64,000 nucleotides of DNA from Haliotis cracherodii (taxonomy: Eukaryota). Numbering within the stretch: the stretch's first letter is position 1; the number at the start of each line of letters is the position of its first letter. The position numbers were made by a program, and so were the translations under genes. The notes below the pieces were generated by a model, which saw only the letters and a program-made list of their open reading frames with translations, did no database searches and was not told where the DNA came from. The stretch is taken from assembly GCF_022045235.1 (NCBI RefSeq), contig NW_027266264.1, positions 56,668,001 to 56,732,000 of the forward strand. The letters are read 5' to 3'. Below are positions 56,841 through 64,000 of this stretch, in pieces.

Positions 56841-58683
56841 AGGAGACTGATGACGATGTGATGTTTCAGTACTGCAGTCAGGGCACTGGAGTGAGTGAGT
56901 GATGCAGCATGGACAGGAGACTGATGACGATGTGATGTTTCAGTACCGCAGTCAGGGCACTGGAGTGAGTGAGTGATGCAGCATGTACAGGAGACTGATG
57001 ACGATGTGATGTTTCAGTACCGCAGTCAGGGCACTGGAGTGAGTGAGTGAGTGGGTGATGCAGCATGGACAGGAGACTGATGACGATGTGATGTTTCAGT
57101 ACTGCAGTCAGGGCACTGGAGTGAGTGAGTGAGTGATTCAGCATGTACAGGAGACTGATGACGATGTGATGTTTCAGTACCGCAGTCAGGGCACTGGAGT
57201 GAGTGAGTGAGTGATGCAGCATGTACAGGAGACTGATGATGATGTGATGTTTCAGTACCGCAGTCAGGGCACTGGAGTGAGTGAGTGAGTGAGTGAGTGA
57301 TGCAGCATGGACAGGAGACTGATGACGATGTGATGTTTCAGTACCGCAGTCAGGGCACTGGAGTGAGTGAGTGAGTGATGCAGCATGTACAGGAGACTGA
57401 TGACGATGTGATGTTTCAGTACCACAGTCAGGGCACTGGAGTGAGTGAGTGAGTGATGCAGCATGTATAGGAGACTGATGACGATGTGATGTTTCAGTAC
57501 CACAGTCAGGGCACTGGAGTGAGTGAGTGAGTGATGCAGCATGTACAGGAGACTGATGACGATGTGATGTTTCAGTACCGCAGTCAGGGCACTGGAGTGA
57601 GTGAGTGATGCAGCATGTACAGGAGACTGATGACGATGTGATGTTTCAGTACCGCAGTCAGGGCACTGGAGTGAGTGAGTGAGTGGGTGATGCAGCATGG
57701 ACAGGAGACTGATGACGATGTGATGTTTCAGTACTGCAGTCAGGGCACTGGAGTGAGTGAGTGAGTGATTCAGCATGTACAGGAGACTGATGACGATGTG
57801 ATGTTTCAGTACCGCAGTCAGGGCACTGGAGTGAGTGAGTGATGCAGCATGTACAGGAGACTGATGATGATGTGATGTTTCAGTACCGCAGTCAGGGCAC
57901 TGGAGTGAGTGAGTGAGTGATGCAGCATGTATAGGAGACTGATGACGATGTGATGTTTCAGTACCACAGTCAGGGCACTGGAGTGAGTGAGTGAGTGATG
58001 CAGCATGTACATTGTATAGGAGACTGATGACGATGTGATGTTTCAGTACCGCAGTCAGGGCACTGGAGTGAGTGAGTGAGTGATGCAGCATGTATAGGAG
58101 ACTGATGACGATGTGATGTTTCAGTACCACAGTCAGGGCACTGGAGTGAGTGAGTGAGTGATGCAGCATGTACAGGAGACTGATGACGATGTGATGTTTC
58201 AGTACCACAGTCAGGGCACTGGAGTGAGTGAGTGATGCAGCATGTACAGGAGACTGATGACGATGTGATGTTTCAGTACCACAGTCAGGGCACTGGAGTG
58301 AGTGAGTGAGTGATGCAGCATGTACAGGAGACTGATGACGATGTGATGTTTCAGTACTGCAGTCAGGGCACTGGAGTGAGTGAGTGATGCAGCATGGACA
58401 GGAGACTGATGACGATGTGATGTTTCAGTACTGCAGTCAGGGCACTGGAGTGAGTGAGTGATGCAGCATGGACAGGAGACTGATGACGTTGTGATGTTTC
58501 AGTACTGCAGTCAGGGCACTGGAGTGAGTGAATGAGTCAGTGAGTGATGCAGCATGTACAGGAGACTGATGACGATGTGATGTTTCAGTACCGCAGTCAG
58601 GGCACTGGAGTGAGTGAGTGAGTGATGCAGCATGTACAGGAGACTGATGACGTTGTGATGTTTCAGTACTGCAGTTAGGTCAC
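56841..58683. repeat. 74-86-bp tandem array (~24 copies), inverted copy of the 5308-5830 repeat
   Basis: ggagactgatgacgatgtgatgtttcagtaccgcagtcagggcactg(gagt)ngatgcagcatgtaca. Confidence 0.97.
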
Positions 58684-58797
58684 GCCGAAGACCCGGGTTC
58701 GATTCCCGAAGCCTGTTGTAGCAAGTTTTCCTCCCACATTAAACTGGCACACCATGATATAACTGTTCAAAGTGGTGTTAAAACAAAATCACTCACT
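58679..58797 (+). mobile_element. 5'-truncated SINE fragment
   Basis: gtcacgccgaagacccgggttcgattcccg ... gttaaaacaaaatcactcac. Confidence 0.75.
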
Positions 58798-59965
58798 TCT
58801 CACATCTCTGTAGCCTAACAAATAACACAGTAAAGTATGTCTATAAAACACTTGTTTATTCCAAATGACAGATGTGTTGAGAGCATTGTTTGCAGTACAT
58901 GCATGAGATGACACCTAGTCTATGTACAGTGCCCATACAGCCACAGCAGCTTCTGGATGGGACATTGCTGTGTGTGCACTACTTGGTGCCTACCCGGCCA
59001 GCAGAACGCCATCAAAGTCTAAAGTCATGCCATAATAGGGATCTAAGATGTTCTACCATTGAAACAGAAGTGTATAGCAAATCTTGTGCATACAGAAAGA
59101 TACAACCATACCTCTGAAGCTCACCAGCATTTATCTGGGAGTAGCATCATACGGAACAAACAAACTGAACTAAAATACAGGTGATGCAAGTGTTAAAACA
59201 TTGGATTTCAAAGCTCTTGTAAGTACCACCATTGGATCATCCATGCACACCTTCAGCATCACATGGGCCGTGTCAAAGGTGTTATATTACAAAAACCCAA
59301 AGATGACGATTCACAATACAGATGAAAAGCCATGCGATTAGGTCATATGAATATTGTTATTGGTACAGTATTTGTGATATTTAAAATTGAGAAGTACCTC
59401 ATAAAACCTTACAATGTATCATACAAGTCTCTATGTTAAAATGGTCAAATCTACAGTGTACTACATAGCACTAAGGTGAAATAAACTGTCATCATTCTGC
59501 AATCAATAGATCCATGGTAAAGGTTATTGGTAGTATGTGAAAAACAATTGGCAACAAAAACAAACTAAATTTTGAAACATTTTCTTGAGATTTGTCCAAG
59601 AAAGGAAAGGTTTGATTAAAATCCTTTTTAGGCCACTCCAAATGTCTATTTATTTAAATGTTGCTGTTTACGACAGCTTTGTGTGTCCTCTTGATCCTGA
59701 AGGACTGCAGTCAATAAGCCAGAGGATACTGTCAGAGGATACAACACATACTCTTCTTAAAAGAGTTTTTTCACCCTCAAAGATCATGAAGTTAAAATTT
59801 GAGAAACATCTGGAGGGTATAAGCTCATTCATGGCATCATCATTTGAGCAGTTAACACCCAATGTGTCTTTCACAGAGGGAAAACAATTAATGTTATGTT
59901 AAAAGTAAAATGATTCACAATGAAACATTGAAATGACCTTATAATGGATGTCTTCATTTTGATTT

Positions 59966-60150
59966 GAGTGAGTGAGTGAGTGAGAGAGTGAGTGAGTATG
60001 GTTTTACGCCGCTTTTTAGCAATATTCCAGCAATATCACGGCAGGGGACACCAGAAATGGGCTTCACACATTGTACCCATGTCGGGAATCGAACCCGGGT
60101 CTTCGGGGTGACGAGCGAACGCTTTAACCACTAGGCTACCCGACCGCCCC
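59966..60150 (-). mobile_element. SINE family A, full length, young
   Basis: Intact A/B boxes; TSD cattttgatttga. Confidence 0.92.
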
Positions 60151-63100
60151 CATTTTGATTTGATGGTAAATGACATAACACATAGGAATACACTAATAGC
60201 ACTAAGCAGTTAGTAGCTATACATCATGCACTAGATATTCTTGAAATATTTGCACAATTCAAGAAAAACATTGATATAAATTGCTGGGACATAACAAACA
60301 AAAGTAAAACAATCACATCTGTTTTGTGTCCATTCAAAACATAACAGTGCCCTAATATCAACATTTTTAACTATCATCCTGACGCTATTCACTCCCAATC
60401 TTATCACAGATCCTGCCCATCAGGACAATTTTATTTTCATCTTGGCAGCAAAAGTAACGGTTACCAGATCAATTATAAAACACAAACTTATTCCTTCAGC
60501 TTGAGAATTTCTCCCTCTGACCTCTCCACAGACCATTAAAAACTGCCACTAATCCCATAGTCCCTAAATTTACTATGGTTTGTGAACCCATTGTGAACAT
60601 TTTCATTCCACCATTCATTCATATCATCATTCCGGGTAAGGATTATCGTGACAAAAATGAGACCACTGCTGCAACCTTGTCACTTTAGAATTTCAACTTA
60701 TGTTAACAGAGCTTACCTGGAAAAGCTTTTAGAAACAAGAAAAGCCCTTTTTCTAAAATGCTGAGTGGGCAAATCTAGGAAATAAAATATAGGTTGGCCT
60801 GGAGTAGGACACATTTTGGGGAGCCTGCCTGCATCTTCAGACTTGTTTTCCCGATCTCAAACTACACCTTATAACAGTTATTGAATGTCAATTGAAGTCT
60901 TGAAATATAGCTTTAGGTACAGCAGAAATTTGGTGCCTAGCACTGAGGTGGGGGGAGACATATTGTAAGTGTAATGGCAGCCTACAACTGAATCAAGACA
61001 TGGTACATTGGTGATGACTAATATGTTCTATACAGGCTAACATGGCTCACGAGCAGCTCAACTGTCCACCCTTCATGGCGTCCACGCACACATGATGGAG
61101 TGAGTGAGTGAGTGAGTGAATGTTATTTTATCCCCCTGAGCCAGCATCATGCCAGCTATATCATTGCAGCCTATAATAATGGAGTCTGCACCAGGCAAAC
61201 CAGTGACAGAAAGCATGAGCAATGATCCATGTCATCAGGATACGATGACACACCTAGAAACATCAAGCAGCCTCACTGGTTGATATTGGAGTAAGGTCTT
61301 AGGGCAAGCATTTAGTCCTCAGACCTGGAACCTCCACATGGTTCATGGGATTTAGGGGAGAGGCTTACATCCGTTCAGATAAATGAATACGACATGATTG
61401 ACAAAAACAATGGAAGACAAGACACACTACATCATACAGGAAAATATTAAATCAATATTATCCAGCAATCAAATTTAAAGACACTGGATTTTGATTTGAG
61501 TTAATGTTCAAATACAACTATACACACTACAGTTTTTGTCAACTATCATCTTGATAGTTCAGCCTTGAGCCAGCATGTGTATCATAAACATACATATTGC
61601 TAAGTCAGTTAACATGGGAAGTAAAACAGTTTCCTCAACAATTTCAACTAAACCTTACAGCAACATTAAATGTATCCGTTATCAAGCACTCCTTACAGAG
61701 GCCTTGGACCACTTCGTGATAGAGCTGTGTATGATCTTGGGAAACTTCATAGTTTCAACTCGCCATCTCAAAATTTGAATGGCTGAATCTCCTTTTTTAA
61801 TTGAACAATATTTCATAACAATGAGAAATAAGTGTAGAATTTGACGTCAATCTAACATGCGCAATGGGGTCATTAATAAGGCAAGCACAGTATTGCACAA
61901 TGCCTGCATGTGTGACAGGGGCGAGATTAAGCACAAATACAAGATACCAATATTGTTTACAACTGCATTGTCTCAGATTAGTTCATTTTTTAGAACACTG
62001 ACTGACTGTCATACAAATTTAAAAAAATCTTTTTTTCAAGGTTGGTCATCGCATAGAAGAATGTCCTATGAAAGGTTGTTAAGGTCATGAACATATCTCA
62101 CGGCCATTTGTCTCTTGCAAAATTACTTCTACTGCTGATAAGGTCAATTCCTAAAGAAGTTGTTATAACCAAGACTATTAATGTTGACTAATACTGTGTT
62201 CAATAATAATGTTCGATAACTGTACCTATATGACAACGTAACCTTGCAAACTGATTCTAATGACTTTTTTTACAGTTTTTTTTTTCAAATGCCAAACATT
62301 ATTTCTGAAAGCAAACTATTTAAGGATAAGTAGGGTGAAATCTAAAAAGCAGCCATCAATCAAGAATATTCTTTGGAATAATTAACTACGTGAAAAAATA
62401 ATTTTGCATCAGGTTTTAAAAAAATACTTGTTCACAGCAAATACTGGATGTCCTGAAAAAATATCAATTGTTTGGCCCCCTAAAACTTAAAGTATTGAAA
62501 CAGTCACTGAAAAAATATTTTGTCTAGCAAAAATCCCAGCCTCCATTCCGAGTCCATTCATAACTAGTCAGACCCCTGCTGAATTTTGCACCTCAGTGGG
62601 AAAAAAAGGAAGAGATTATTCTATAAATTGAAACGTACATCTGTAACCAAGCAATATCTTCAATGAATGAAACACAGCATTTAATTCTCATACTGAAGAT
62701 CACCTATCTGAACATAAAGACATTCTTATATTTCACACACGTCTTGCACAGCGAGGCTTAACTATTACAGTCTTTCCTCAGCCAGTCTGCTGACAATGCT
62801 TCCAAACATTACTAGTACTGATTCAACCCCTTAACCTGCATCCAGATATAATTGTCCAAATACATGTAATTGGAAAGGAAACTACCATGAAAGATATGAT
62901 ATAATCCCAAGTGAGTTTGTATAATGAAAATCCCTGTATCACTATACTTGTCACTCATCCCCTCAAACAAATCCTCAACAGTTGTGTTATCATGGCCTAG
63001 GCCGGTGACACATTAGTTCAACATGGAATTCTAATAATGGGACTTTCATACTGATTCCAAAGTAAATACTGTGATAAAAAGCACATTGAAAGAAAGACTG

Positions 63101-64000
63101 TGTTCAATTTACAAAAAAACTATTCAAAGTTGAATCTCTGAAAGCTACATACCAAACTACAATTATTCACATTTGTACAAGGATTTGGCACAAATCAACA
63201 ATATTAACTTCAGTCAACAGCTACAAGGGTTGTAAGTATCCAGGCCCCAAACATCTCTCAGTCAGAAATTGCACATTAGCAAAGAAATGGACAGTTAAAA
63301 GTAAATAAAACTATATTTTTGTCTGTTTTTGTCTTGTATTTTTAATAGACCTTAAAATCAAAGATATGTAATGGTGTTATTCACAGAAAGAAATACTGAC
63401 TGAATGTTCACTGACAGTTGTCATTTGGATACGATATGATCCCCAACAAATTAAAACATTAAAAATATGAGATAAAATGTCTTTCACACGGAGACAACTC
63501 ATTCACACTTGATGTACTGAACCACTGACGAACTTGATGAAGGACCTCTTTAAGGTCAATGCTTTCAGGATGAATAAATACTGTAAAGAATGCAAAACAA
63601 ACCCTGATGCTGTGATGACAGAGGATGAATGTGAAGGTGCATCATTTCATCCTTGATCAGGCCTTGTCACATTAACCTGGTGGGTGAGTGAGTGAGTTTG
63701 GTTTCACTCATATAACCGGTATCTGGTTTCATGTAGGAGGAAAGTTAAAAAAAACTTAGGCAACTGACATTCACAACTGACAGATCTAGGATCATCAACC
63801 CTGCTACCAGCTGATCCTGGCACCATTAAGGGAAGCAATTCTGCATATAATTATGATGTATAATATATGACTTATGAAAAGATGTTTACGACCATCTCAT
63901 CATTACTCCTGTAATGCAATCAACATCATTTGACAATCTGCTTCATTGGTACCTAGGTAGGAGACAGAACAAATTCTTTTTGCCTTCGTGCTACACTGCT

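Noticed and set aside
56878-58208. MLHHSLTHSS repeat ORFs
   Set aside because: Satellite translation.
59585-59902. Overlapping ORFs, possibly a decayed retroelement
   Set aside because: No motif I can identify with confidence.

Overview
Eukaryotic, AT-rich, intron-rich genomic DNA. The SINE and MITE complement suggests a mollusc, possibly a gastropod such as abalone (inference). The window is dominated by one minus-strand laminin-family gene. I reconstructed 32 coding exons by hand (ATG ~51750 down to 3195; ~5245 nt, ~1750 aa), all with GT-AG boundaries and consistent phases; the gene continues beyond the left edge. Its architecture is signal peptide - LN - 4.5 LE - short LF (beta-type domain IV) - 4.5 LE - L4 (LamB) - 6.5 LE - coiled coil, i.e. 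a beta-like N-terminal arm on an alpha3/5-like (or gamma-like) middle. The introns hold many tandem repeats, several built from the gene's own splice junctions; one of these also occurs, inverted, 51 kb away upstream of the gene. Other contents: tRNA-derived SINEs with TSDs, MITEs, mariner relics, Helentron-like elements, a Penelope-like hammerhead fragment, and a complete miniature LTR retroelement (TRIM) whose LTRs contain a tRNA-Arg-like Pol III promoter, plus a solo LTR of that family. There is one assembly gap at 50463-50656.
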